A DNA stretch of 64,000 nt from Gekko japonicus (lineage: Eukaryota). Shown here in pieces: positions 1 through 11,290 of the stretch (position 1 is the stretch's first letter; each line of letters begins with the position of its first letter). Location: NCBI RefSeq assembly GCF_001447785.1, contig NW_015168656.1:1-64000 (forward strand), written 5' to 3'. Under the pieces are notes generated by a model that saw only the letters and a list, made by a program, of their open reading frames with translations, made no database searches and was not told the origin of the DNA. Both the position numbers and the translations under genes were made by a program.

Positions 1-264
1 AATTTCCTGGAGAAGTTGGCATAACATATAAGACAATTAAAACATCAACTTGACAAACCAGTCTGAAAGGATTAAATTTATTTGATTTTTATTTATTTGA
101 TTTATATCCTGCCTTCCCCCACAAGCGAGCTCAGGGTGGATCACAGCAAGTCATATATGAATACACAGAACAATTAAAACATTAAAACAACAACAGCTAA
201 TAGCTAAAAATAAAATTAGTCAGACCAAAGATGGCAGCTATTCTGGGAGTTCAGGTGCCTTCTA

Positions 265-335
265 AAGGAAGGAAGGAAGGAAGGAAGGAAGGAAGGAAGG
301 AAGGAAGGAAGGAAAGAAAGAAGGAAGGAAGAAGA
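265..335. repeat. (GGAA)n microsatellite, probably expanded from the adjacent SINE tail
   Basis: Direct run aaggaaggaagg... adjoining the (GAA)n tail of the SINE. Confidence 0.95.
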
Positions 336-610
336 AGAGGAGACTGAATTTATACCCTGCCCTTCACTACCCAAAGGAGTCTCAGAGAGGCTTACAATCC
401 CTTTCCCTTTCCCTCCCCACAACAGAAACCCTGTGTGGTAGGTGGGGCTGAGAGAGCTCTTTCAAGAACTGCCCTTGAGAGAACAGCTCTGAAAGAACTT
501 ATGACAGACCCAAGGTCACACCAGCAGCTGCATGTGGAGGAGTGGGGAATCAAACCCAGTTCTCGCAGATTAGAGTCCACACTCTTAACCACTACATCAA
601 ACTGGCTCTC
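331..610 (-). mobile_element. tRNA-derived SINE, Squam3-like (long form)
   Basis: Reverse complement starts GAGAGCCAGTTTGATGTAGTGGTTAAG (A box) and has GGGTTTGATTCCC (B box) and a (CTT)n tail. Near-identical copies at 45737, 59467 and 34905-35160. Confidence 0.85.
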
Positions 611-3029
611 TAATTAAGATTATCATAAAATAGTGACTTGTCGGCTGGTGGTGCTGCTTGTTCTCTTACGCAGGGTAAATGGCACTCTGGCACTGTAGCA
701 GCACAAACCATGTGAGCAGTGCGAGCAGGGGAGGCTGGGATGGATTAGACATCTACCAACTCAGCCAAAGGCCTGGCGGAATAGCTCTGTTTTACAGGCC
801 CTGTGGAATTGTAATAAGTCCCGCAGGGCCGTGATCTCCAGTGGAACTGTGTTCCACCAGGCCAGGGCCAGGGCAAAAAAAGCTGTGGCCCTTTTTGAGG
901 CTAAATGGACATCTTTTGGGCTGGGGACTACTAGAAGGTGTTGCTTGGCTGAGCGGAACACTCTTTGGGGCACATATGGGGAGAGTCGGTACTGTAGGTA
1001 TGTTGGTTCCAGGCCTCGTAGGGCTTTAAAGTTCATTACCATAACCTTGAACCAGATTTGGTACTCAATTGGCAGGCAGTGCAATTGGCTTAACACTGGA
1101 TGAATGCGTGCCCGCATAGATGTCGCAGTCAATAGACGTGCCACCACGTTTTGCACTAGCTGCAGTTTCCGGGTCAGGTTCAAGGGCAGCCTCACATAGA
1201 GCAAGTTACTGTAACCTGGGAGTAACCATTGCATGGATCACTGTAGCCAAGTCCCAGGAGGTGAGATAGGGAATCAGCTGCCTGACCAGCCTCAGATAAT
1301 AAGCTGAACAACTGGTCAGCTCCCCAGTTTGTAATGCTACCCCAAAGGCTGCCCAAAATAATGCAGGCTTGCATGCCCTATGGAATGCTGGGTCCCTTCA
1401 CAACTTCTCCATGCCACACCCATGGCAGCAGCTCTGTTGCACCCCTCACATGCCTGCACTGACAAGCTGCATAGCTTATCTGTTGCCAGTAGTGTTGTGT
1501 GTGTGGGAATGTGTTGGACCCAGAGGACCGCCCCCCCCCCCCGTGCTAGAGAAGCCACACACACTTTTGAACCACCCACCAGCCCATTCACTATACAATC
1601 TGCACCCAGCAGAACATGCGTGTGGGGTAAGGAGCAACATGTGAGGTCAGCCTTCAAAGTGCTATTGGGCCTGTTACATTATGCAGTTGTACAGAACAGA
1701 AGTCCAGTGGCACCACAGAAACCAACAACAGCAATCTCAGAATGAATACCCTTGAGTCAGAGCCCACCCTCTCAGACATGTGAAGGGAGAGTCACTCCAG
1801 GAAGACTGAGGAGGCAATTACAGATGGGGGCAGGAGGTGGAGGAGGGGCATGGGGAAAGTCTCATCTCAAAAACAAATGAACAGAATTGCAGATCACTCC
1901 AGACTTTATTGAACAACTCATTAAGAGGTTTGATGAATGGGGTTGCCAACTCTCTCCATCTTGAATGGCTCCTGTGTCTTTGTGAGCTGCTCCTGGGGCC
2001 ATGGGAAGATAGACTGAGCTGTCCTTCACACAGTATGCATGTGAGGGGGGCAGACCTGCCAGATGAAAGCCTGTCCAAAGCAGGATACTCCAGGAGCCAG
2101 ACTGGAACCAATGGCTTAACAGAGTGGCATGGACTGCACCAGTCATGCTCCCAGGTGTTGAATGATCACCTGTACATAAGCAAAACAGAAATATGTGCAA
2201 TGGTGGCAAACAGCCCTGACATGATGTCTGCCACAGCCAGCCTGTGGGGCCTCAGGAGGGTTTGAGTTCCCACCCCCGGGGGGGGGCCTCTATTTACCAT
2301 AGAGTGCCCTTGAGGCCACCCAAATGACATTTACTGATATCATGGGGAACTGCTCTGCTACCACAACTGCTTCATCTGCAGCTGCTGAGGTACAGGGCTC
2401 TAATCCCTCAGGGCAATGGGTCATATGGATGTTTGGCCAGCTAATCCACAGAGCACAGTAGGGCAGGTGCTGGTTGCCCCATACCACAATTGTGCCCTGT
2501 CTCCCACTTGGGGGAAGGGGGTACCGTAGCAAGGGTGTGTGCTATCAGCATGGTATGGGGCTACTAGTGTCCTGCTCCCCCGCCCTGCATCATAGGCAGC
2601 TCTCCTGGGTACACTTTCTTGGGAGTATGCCCTGTTGCATAAGATGAGGCATACTGCTGGGTGGGCCTGGCTTGGGTTGCTCCCATCTGCACACACTGCT
2701 AGCCTTGAGTCTAGGAGCCAGCATCGTCACGACAGTACCCAGTTTTGTGCCAGGAGAACAGGGGAGGTGGGTGTAGTCTTCTGGGATGGGGCAGCCTTGC
2801 TTACCTGTTGAGTCTTTGGAGATGTGGTACCTGTTAGAGTTCTGAAATGACACATTAGCCACACAGCATGAACTTTGCTGTCTCTCTTGAATGTTATTGC
2901 TAAATGCTTCCTCAGTGGTCCTAAATGCACTCTTGGTGCCTCTCCCACCACCCAAGTGTACTTTCAGCATGCACAGGAGAGATCTCTGAGACAGAATCCC
3001 ATGCCATATGCCTTATCTTCTGAACTATG

Positions 3030-3106
3030 ATGTAAGCCACCCTGAGCCTCCGGGGAGGGCGGGATAAAAATGTGAATAATAAATAAAATAAATAAATAAA
3101 TAAAAA
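3030..3106 (+). mobile_element. L2 3' terminus (stem-loop plus TAAA tail)
   Basis: tgtaagccaccctgagcctccggggagggcgggataaaaa...(taaa)n. Same motif as at 33270-33340 and 33945-34008. Confidence 0.7.
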
Positions 3107-3254
3107 TCCTGGCTGAGGGGGGAGGGGACAGTGATTGGATGCAAGGGAGGGGGTTTGGCCACCCCTGGAGAGAGAATGATAATTTGCAATCTGTCCGCCG
3201 TCAAGGATTATGTGTGGGCTGTGGCCTGTGGGGGGGAATTTTTCTCTCTATAAA

Positions 3255-3400
3255 ATGAGATTGTCTAAATCAAGGAAGCCATAGTCCCCAGTTTGCAAGA
3301 CTTGAGCAAGGCTGTTAATTATAGGCCATTTTGGAGAACATTAATTCATAGGGTTGCCATAAGATGGAAGCGACTTTATGGCACTTCACACCCACCCACC
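3255..3400 (+). mobile_element. RTE-clade LINE 3' end fragment
   Basis: cagtttgcaagacttgagcaaggctgttaa...attcatagggttgccataag...cgactt..ggcact plus a CA-rich tail. Mirror of the copy at 41794-41997. Confidence 0.65.
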
Positions 3401-3700
3401 TACCTATGGGCTATGCCATTGTTTTTACTGGCATAACTTTCTACCACTTCTGGGGGTGTTTACACCATTCGTTCTCTGTAGACTTGAAGTGTCACTATCA
3501 GACTATGTAATGCAAGCCTCTGCCATTAAAGGCAATGTACATCAAATCTCATATAATCAAGGTCATTTCGATTGGTTTATTAAATACATGTGATATATTT
3601 TTGTGTTACTGTGGCTCTCAATTTCAGCCAAGAGCACCCTGACTCTGTGAAGGGTTAGTTACTTGTAAATTTGACTTCCTGTTCCTAAAGATAATAGGTA

Positions 3701-4037
3701 TAGGGGTGTCAAACATAGGCCCTATGGGCTTGTCCAGGGCTCTTATCCGGCCCCCGAGCAACCCTTTAATGTCAGATGACAGAGGCTGTGCATTATGTCC
3801 CTGTATACTGTCCCACTGCTAATGCATAAAGGGCAGTGGAAGTGGGAGGACATGCATCAGGGGGATAACATAAGGAAATACTGTGTTAATGTTTTAAGCA
3901 TGTTTGTATTTTGAATAAAAAATAAATAATTGTTAATTGGGTTTGCCTGTGTCCTTTATAAAGTGTATATTTCTGGAACCTGGCATTACATTTTATGTCA
4001 GATCTAGCCCTCGTAACAAAGGAGTTCGACACCCATT
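3701..4037 (+). mobile_element. Non-autonomous hAT (Charlie/Buster-like) MITE
   Basis: Left TIR TAGGGGTGTCAAAC; degenerate right TIR GTTCGACACCC. Its 3' half is collinear with the hAT at 34675-34772 plus 36239-36300. No TSD was discernible. Confidence 0.7.
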
Positions 4038-4133
4038 GGTGAATGTTAGCACTAAAGAAAAGGAATGATGAACTGACGACTTGGCTCTGTTGTATTATGA
4101 CTCATTTAATTTTGTGAAAGCTTTAAAAGAGAC

Positions 4134-4424
4134 CAGGCCCCGTAGCCAGGATTTTTAAAGTTGGGAGGCATATAAATTTCTTAGGGGGCACTGCCTAATT
4201 GAATTAAAGGTAATTTAATTACGTTTCTGGGGGAATTAAGTTTCTTGAGGAAATAGAGAGGTGCTGTCTGGCTCCGCGTGGCCATCATAGCTGGCCCTTC
4301 ACACCAGACAGCTGCATAGGAATACCCGGCTCCCTCCCCACATCCACTGCCACTTGGGGACCCTGGGCTGGATGGGGAGTTGGAGGGCTTAGCCCCAATA
4401 TGCCCCACTGTAGCTACAGGCCTG
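4134..4424. mobile_element. hAT-type MITE
   Basis: TIRs CAGGCCCCGTAGC / GCTACAGGCCTG. 8-bp TSD aaagagac (4126-4133) / aaagagcc (4425-4432). Confidence 0.75.
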
Positions 4425-5886
4425 AAAGAGCCTGAAAGTTAATTTCATTTAATATGAAAAAGGCTGTATTCCTTTTTACATTAAACCAAGGCATTTAGCA
4501 TTGCTTCATTTTTGCCATGCTTGTTCTCTAATTTTGTAATCCAGCTCTCTAATTTTGTAATGGTTTTATTGTTTTGTTTGTTGCATATATTATGCCCATC
4601 TTTATTGCACTTGGGTGGCTTACACCAGAGGGTTAATCTTCACAGAAATCTTGTGTGGTTCAGTTTACACTGAGAGATACCATCCGATATGCTTCATATT
4701 GTACGTATGTAACCTAGGTTTGCAGATCCAAGTCTGCTCCTATACCATACTCACTTTCAAAGACAGAACTTCCTGCACTGATCAGAAAATGTACATTGAC
4801 TTTAATCTGAGCAGTCAAGAATTTGATCACTGATCCACCAACCTGGCAGGGTAGATTTGAGGATCAAGGAGACAACCCCCCCCCCCCCAGAATCTTGTGG
4901 AATTATTCACGTTAATTATTTTCTATAGCACCAGGTGTTTGAGATGCTTTATAAATTGCAATGAAATAATAATAAAGCAATACATGTACTTTGGAGACTA
5001 TTTAGACAAATGATTATACTTTTGCGTTAAAACCATGATCTCTTCAGTTTTAGAACTGTGATTATAGAATTCCCCTTCCCCCTTCCCACACTAAGGTTCA
5101 GCAATCAGCAGTCTTGTTTGATAAACTTTTTATCTTTGGAAGTTAGTAATGTGTATCTTATTCCAACCAAGTCTGAAATGTTCAGTTGAGTTTTTTTTTA
5201 AAAAAACCATATTTTATTAAGAATCTCAGTGTTTTGCCACATTAAAAACAGTATTTCTTACATGACAGTAAAATCCAATCCAATGTACATTTATTGCGAA
5301 ATAAACGCCATCGCTTACTCTGAAGTATGGTCTGTAGCTATACTCCTTTGTAATCTTCTGTACACTTACGTGAGAGTAAACCCCACCGAATACAGTGAGT
5401 TTTCCATGCAAACCGCCCTTTCATACGCGAACTTCGGTCTTCAAGGGGGGGAAGGAGAACTTTAAAAACCTGAGTATTATTTAAGTCGCAGCCCAGTCAT
5501 AGCCATGAAGTAGAGCATCACTGTGGCCTATGGAGGGAAGCACAGCTTTGCTATCCGACCTTCTCTGCACAGGATAAGGATTTTAAGAATCTCCACCGGA
5601 GACGAGGACCTGCAAACATCGGTTTAAACGCAACAGGCGAACGCGACCCGAAGGGTAAGCTACAGACAGGCTATTCTGCTGGCGCTTCCACTCCTTCCCA
5701 CGCAGAGCTGTGAAGAAAAGGGGATCCCAGGAACAAGCTGCGGAACGCAAAGGACTCGGTCGGGTTAGCGAACGGAGGAGCTGGTCAGTCAGGCCTCCTT
5801 TCATCACGGAAACCGAACAATAACGCCAACTTCGCCCCCCCCCCCCCCCCCCCGCCCCCCCCCCCCCCCTTCTCGCACCCTCCTCA

Positions 5887-5934
5887 NNNNNNNNNNNNNN
5901 NNNNNNNNNNNNNNNNNNNNNNNNNNNNNNNNNN
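5887..5934. other. Assembly gap (N run) in the promoter
   Basis: 48 N next to a poly-C tract. Confidence 1.
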
Positions 5935-6280
5935 GCCGCCGCTTCGTCTCTTCAGGGATCTCGCGAGACCACGTCAAGGAAGCCGGGTGTTTTCCCTTCC
6001 CCCTCCTCCTTTCCCTCAAGCGTGTGCTAACCAGCCAGAGAGCGAGATAGGCCAGGCGCGCGGGGATTCTCGGGCGGCGCTTTGGGGCGTTCTGTGGTGG
6101 GGAGGGGGAAGAGGAGGAGGAGGAGGAGGAGGGGCCGAGCGGGCGAGCGGTCCACCGCGGTGTTCTGTGGGATACAGGCGGTGCTTGCCTCTTCTCCTGG
6201 GTGCGGATCGCCGCCGCCGCCGCCGCCGCCGACGAAGCGCACAGGGCGAGTGAGGGAAGGGGACGAGAGCCGAGCGGGGC

Positions 6281-6517
6281 ATGAAGATGGCGGACGCCAA
6301 GCAGAAGCGGAACGAGCAGCTGAAGCGCTGGATCGGCTCCGAGACCGACCTGGAGCCGCCCGTGGTGAAGCGCAAGAAGACGAAGGTGAAGTTCGACGAC
6401 GGAGCCGTCTTCCTGGCCGCCTGCTCGAGCGGGGACACCGAGGAGGTGTTGCGCCTGCTGGAGCACGGCGCCGACATCAACTACGCCAATGTGGACGGAC
6501 TCACCGCGCTGCACCAG
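6281..6517 (+). CDS. PPP1R12A: Protein phosphatase 1 regulatory subunit 12A (MYPT1), coding exon 1 (aa 1-79)
   Basis: MKMADAKQKRNEQLKRWIGSETDLEPPVVKRKKTKVKFDDGAVFLAACSSGDTEEVLRLLEHGADINYANVDGLTALHQ is the MYPT1 N-terminus, with the MyPhoNE motif (RNEQLKRW), the RVxF motif KVKF and the first ankyrin repeats. 237 nt, phase-0 donor CAG|GTCCGT. Confidence 0.98.
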
Positions 6518-8003
6518 GTCCGTGTCTGCCCGCTCGGGGCCCCGAGGCCAGGCCTAGCTTGGCTTGAGCTGCGGCGGAGCCTTCGACGAGGTTGGGGCCT
6601 GGCGGACGGCAGGAATGTCTTTCCTCTCTGCCCAGCCAGAGCTCTCTGTCACCCGGGGATGGGGGTGCGGGATGGCCTGGCTCACTTCTTCCCTCTCCTC
6701 TTCTCTCTAGGGGAGCCGGGCTGGCTGCACCCACCTCTTTTTGGCCCAGGAGTGTTGTGTTTTGCGGAGGAGGGTTCCTGGTTGGGCGGTTTAGGAGAGG
6801 GCCTTACTGTACCGGGAGACGGGTGGCATTGTGGCTCTCCGCTTCCTTCCCTCCCTGCGCTTGGCAGACCGGGGCTTGTGGGGGAGTTTGTTTCCCTGAG
6901 AGACTTGGAAAAGGGGAGGGGGCATCGCTTGTCCCCCCCCCCCCCCCGTTGTGGTCCGAAGGGAAAGAATATTCCCCGTCGTGAGGGGGTGACTTAGATG
7001 TGGATATTCGCTCCCACAGTTGGAAGGTTTAGGGTTTGCCACTACTGAATGGCTACCGTTTCCTGTGTCCTTTCACCCTAAATCGGTTGAAGTGTAAATA
7101 GGACTTTCCTATTCCTAAGAAAATAGTTTCTTCTCTTGTCTCTCCCTCCCCAGGGTTTGGTCTTGTTTTCAAAAGCTGGGTGTTAGTTTCTGCTTTTCCT
7201 GCTGTTTAGTCTGTGCTGTGCAATATGAACTCCAGTCCTTCAGCACTGACATCCAGTATGTGTGTGCTTTTTCTTAAGAGTGGAAAGTTATAAAATCATT
7301 AGTGCAATAATGCTGGTTTATGTTTGCACATTAAAAATAAAACCTTTTTTTAAAAGGTTAAGATGGAAAGGAAACTGGTTGAAGCTTTCTCAAAATGGAT
7401 GCTTAGTGCACTAAAGTTTTATATGAGCCTGATTGGAATCTCAAAATATTATCCAAATAAGGAAAGACTGTGGCAATCTGGACATAATGCGGGTTTGCTT
7501 GAATACTTGTGTTCTATTAACAGGCCAAAAGCAATAATAACATTAGTTCACTGAATATCAGAAAACCAAGAATAATCACTTTGACAGTTTGATATTTGTT
7601 TTGAATGTTAGTTGTCCTGGTATTTCCATAAAGACATAGTAATAAGGATTTGTATAGGAATCATCTTTATACAGCATACTTATTCGTTGAAAGTATAGTG
7701 GTTCATTAATTGCATCAAACACATTTCAAGTTAGTATGTATTAAAATTATGGATTATGAAATAAGTATGAGAGAAACCTCCCTGTTTCTGTGTTGCTTCA
7801 AGATAACTTGTTAACTGAAGAGGACTTACGTGTTATGCATATCTTGTTTTTATTGCTGTGCAAGGTGCATAATCAGCCCTGTCGCCTAAATGAAATCAGT
7901 CCTCCCGTGAAAAGGGTTGTAATCTCTTCAGAAAATTCATATGAGTTTATAAATAGGTTACACTAAGAAGAAACTACTGAAGAATATATAGAACTTGCAT
8001 GTA

Positions 8004-8205
8004 AGAGCTAATGTGGTTCAATGGTAGAGTACTGGCTTAGCACTGACTTCAAATCTCTTCCATGAAACTCACAACGTGATTCTGGGCCAGTCATTCTCTC
8101 TGCCTAACTTACCTCAATGGGTGGCTGAGATGATAATAGTGGAGATGAAGAGAACCATGTATGCCCTTCTAAGCTCCTTGGAGGAAGGGTTGGATAAAGA
8201 ATGTG
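8004..8205 (+). mobile_element. Old Ther1/MIR-related tRNA-SINE
   Basis: Degenerate A box, core ctgggccagtcattctctctgcctaacttacctca, and L2-type tail gctccttggaggaagggttggataaa. Confidence 0.6.
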
Positions 8206-8609
8206 GTAATTAGATGACAACATTTGGTTTTAATTGTAAGTTCCCCTGAGCAGGACTCTGAAGAGTCAGCATAGAAATATTCTGAATAAATAAGACTAAT
8301 TTCTATAAAAGTTTTGCCTCCAAGACCAGCTGTTTCCCATCATCCTGGAGAAATCATTTTATTGTATCTAACCACCTGTTATTGGGTTAGATGCTAATCT
8401 ATTTTGTAAGCTTTGAAAGATCCATGGTTAGATCTTTGTGTAATGACATTAAAAAGATTCTGCTGCTCTGCTATGACAGTAAGAAGGTAATAGGGGCAAG
8501 ATAGTTGCTAGCAACTTCTTTGAGAGGAGGTTGCTTATGGTAGCTTTATTGAACATGATTAGCTTTGTCAATGCTCTCAAGCTTATGCTGACAGCTCTCA
8601 GACTTGGGG

Positions 8610-8840
8610 ATTTGTTTACTTCATTTATACCCTGACTTGTTTCTCAATAGTGACCCGAAGAAGATTACAAAATTCTCTCTCCTCCATTTTATCCTCATGA
8701 CAAGCCTGTGGGGTAGGTAAGGCTGAGAGTGGTGACTGGCTCATGGGGATCCAGTGAGCCTCCATGACCGACCGAGTGGGAGTTCAAACCAACATCACCC
8801 AGATCCTAGTCTGAGACCACCAAACCACACTTGCACTGGA
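8610..8840 (-). mobile_element. Ther1/Squam3-type SINE (short form)
   Basis: tttacttcatttataccc...cctccattttatcctca...gtaggtaaggctgagag...gttcaaacc pattern shared with 39815 and 52088. Confidence 0.65.
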
Positions 8841-9744
8841 TGGGAGTTTGTGCATAAGATCTGCCCATTTCTTAGTGCCTTTGGCAGTGATACCACTAAA
8901 CATATTGGGGATGTTGGAAGCTTGGATTCTAAATGTGTGTGTTTGGGAGCACAACCTGTTAACTTCAGTGGCCCTTTCCAGTTATAGATAAGATCACAGC
9001 CTTAATAATATTTTCTCTGAAATAGTTACGTTGTGGAATTGTTGGAATAAGAAGCTTTATAGGTGGGATTTGCTACTTTGTATTTAGGATGCATTTCCTG
9101 AGGTGGTGTCTAGCAGGACAAGTTCATATCTGAGGTCTTGTCACTTTAGCTTCTTTTGCTATGTAGGATTCTACTGTTGGAAACATCTGACTCCTGCACT
9201 TAATTCTGCAGTTTTATCTGTATTATTGAATTAATTTATTCAGACCTTTGACAGAATAGAAACTGGAACTTGGTTGTAGCCATTGCTGGGCAAAGGATGT
9301 ACCAGTTTCTGTTGGTGTGTGTACTGCTGTTAAGACTCACTACACCATTATTAATAGAAACTGGTGTAGTGAAAATGATTGCGTTGTCAGTATCTTTCTT
9401 TTTCTGGGTCAGCAAGGCCATAGCTTCAAATATAATACTTTAAAATGTAAGTGCATGGTTTACAATCCTAATTGGAGATCCACCCTACTAACTTCAGTTG
9501 ATTTAGAAAGCTATAACTCTGCTGAGGATGGCAGTGTTAGTGTTTTCAGTACAGACAAGTAACACTGACTTAGTGTAGAATGATTTAACTCTCATGGATG
9601 GTATCTTTAACTTAAGTACCTTTTCTGTGCTGAAAGTGATGCTTGTAATTTTGAAGGTGTGTACAGAAGGTCAAAAGAATAATAAAAGGGCTCCAGTAGT
9701 GTGTTCCTATAGGTTATTCAAAACATTATTAGCAGAGGAAAGTT

Positions 9745-9940
9745 AGAGTGCAATGGCACCTTTAAGACCAACAAAGTTTTATTCAAGGTGTGAGCTTTTG
9801 TGTGCAAGTACACTTCATCAGATTAAATGGAATCGCCTGATGAAGCGTGGGTGCACATGAAAGCTCACACCTTGAATAAAACACTGTTGGTCTTAAAGAT
9901 GCCATTTCTGTTGTTTCCATCATGGCTGCCCACCTTGATC
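9745..9940. mobile_element. Penelope-like element terminal remnant arranged as an inverted repeat
   Basis: Arms 9752-9821 and 9837-9906 are reverse complements, 15-nt spacer. Contains ggcacctttaagaccaac and CTGATGA...GAAAGCTC. Confidence 0.7.
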
Positions 9941-10049
9941 TATTATTGGAGGAGGGTATTTCTTAATATTTTGCTATCTTCTGAGGCAAAAAGAAATTGT
10001 TCAGCTATTAGCCATTTTTCATTTATTTACTAGTCTTTCCATGGACATA

Positions 10050-10263
10050 TGACACATAAAACTGCCTGATATTGAATCAGATCTTTGTTCCATCAAAGTC
10101 TATATTGTCTACCCAGACTGGCAGCAGCTCTTCAGGGTCTCTGATGGAGGTCTCCTTTATCACCTACTATGTGACCCCTTTAACTGGAGATGACGGGGAT
10201 TGAACCTGGGTCTTTCTGCATGCCAAGCAGATGCTCTTATCATTTAGCCATGGCCCATCTTCC
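10050..10263 (-). mobile_element. tRNA-SINE with CR1-type tail (Squam2-like)
   Basis: Reverse complement ...AGAGCATCTGCTTGGCATGCAGAAAGACCCAGGTTCAATCCCC...GCTGCTGCCAGTCTGGGTAGACAATA... Confidence 0.7.
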
Positions 10264-10549
10264 TATGGGAGAACTGGGACAAAGTTGTTGTGATAAAGAA
10301 CTACGCAGCTTATTTTTTTTCTTGGGCAGAAAAAATAAGCATCATCATTGTTAGAACTGTAGAACCCAAAAGGCGCCACAACATAAAAATGATATCAGCA
10401 CCATCAATTAAAACGTCAAGAAAGAAGACTTGTCAGAAGTCATATGTGGGAAAATGGGTTTACTAATTTCTCCTTAAAATCTTCTGGAGATTGGAAAAGA
10501 ACTTTTAACCAGAGGACCTATCAGTGAGTCAGCCATTCAGAGAGTACCT

Positions 10550-11290
10550 GTTGTTTATTTACTGTATTTCTGTACTGCTTGTTCTTGTTGCTTAAAGGGG
10601 TTTACAGTAAAAGAAACAAATTAAACTACCAGAAACCTGACATAGCAAAACATTAATAAAACTAAACACTACTAAAACCAAGTCAGGAAAAAGCTATCTA
10701 AATAGTACTGCTTTACACTGCCACATCAGCTGGATAATTAGGTCAATTTGCAGCCATTCCATATGACAGAACTACAATTCCTGCACTTACCTTCTTTAGT
10801 GAGAAGAAAAGAGTGTACCTTGTTGTGGGGATGCTAAGGTTTTCCTGCATTCATACAGTGATCCTTGAAGTAGGATGAACCCAGACTATAATGGGTGTTA
10901 AAGGTCAAAATGAGCACTGTGAATTGGATCTGGCAGCAAACAAGTAGCCCATGCAGCTTCTGTAATACTATGGTCATATGGGTAGTGTGATTGAAGCCTG
11001 TTAATAGATGGGCTGGTGCATTCTGGATCCCTTGAACTAGGTTTGGAAGTACACTTGACAACCCATGCAAAGTGTTGGGTTAAAGGTATGCTTCCCACAC
11101 CTGTGGGAAAGGCAAGCAATCACATTTTGCGTTAGTTAAAGCTTCCAAGTATCTTAAGAAAAGTGCTACATAAAGTGCATTGCATTTGTCAGTCTTGGGA
11201 GTTACTGAAACATGCATTTGTGTGGCAAGGGCAGCCTTCTCTCAGAAGGGGTGATAGCAAGTGCAGGTGGTGAAAAGCACCTCTAGCAAT
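10550..11290 (-). mobile_element. Old L2 LINE fragment
   Basis: ORF 10834-11070(-) IQNAPAHLLTG...LQKLHGLLVCCQIQFTVLILTF resembles the L2 QNAAARLLT...LHWLPV..RI.FK motif. Confidence 0.65.

Larger units (their letters stand above)
80..1310 (-). mobile_element. 5'-truncated L2-clade LINE (RT C-terminus and 3' tail), interrupted by a SINE
   Basis: ORF 761-1234(-) reads YSNLLYVRLP..RKLQLVQNVVARLLT..LHCLPIEYQIWFKV..FHRACKTELFRQAF, typical of the L2 ORF2 C-terminus. The 3' stem-loop and (TAAA)n-type tail lie at ~80-145. It is homologous to the L2 at 27404-28208. Confidence 0.85.
5590..6720 (+). promoter_or_regulatory. CpG-island promoter, 5' UTR and first exon region of PPP1R12A
   Basis: Sharp rise in GC and CpG around the start codon. 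TCTCGCGAGA at 5959-5968, CCACGTCA at 5969-5976, (GGA)n at ~6110-6131 and (GCC)n at ~6210-6230. Confidence 0.85.

Noticed and set aside
5583-6984. Many overlapping ORFs on both strands around exon 1
   Set aside because: Low-complexity P/R/G-rich frames expected in a stop-poor CpG island.
6518-6997. 238-aa ORF 6281-6997 as a complete protein
   Set aside because: MYPT1 similarity stops at ALHQ (6517) where a GT donor lies, and it continues in exon 2 at 60354. The rest is intron read-through.
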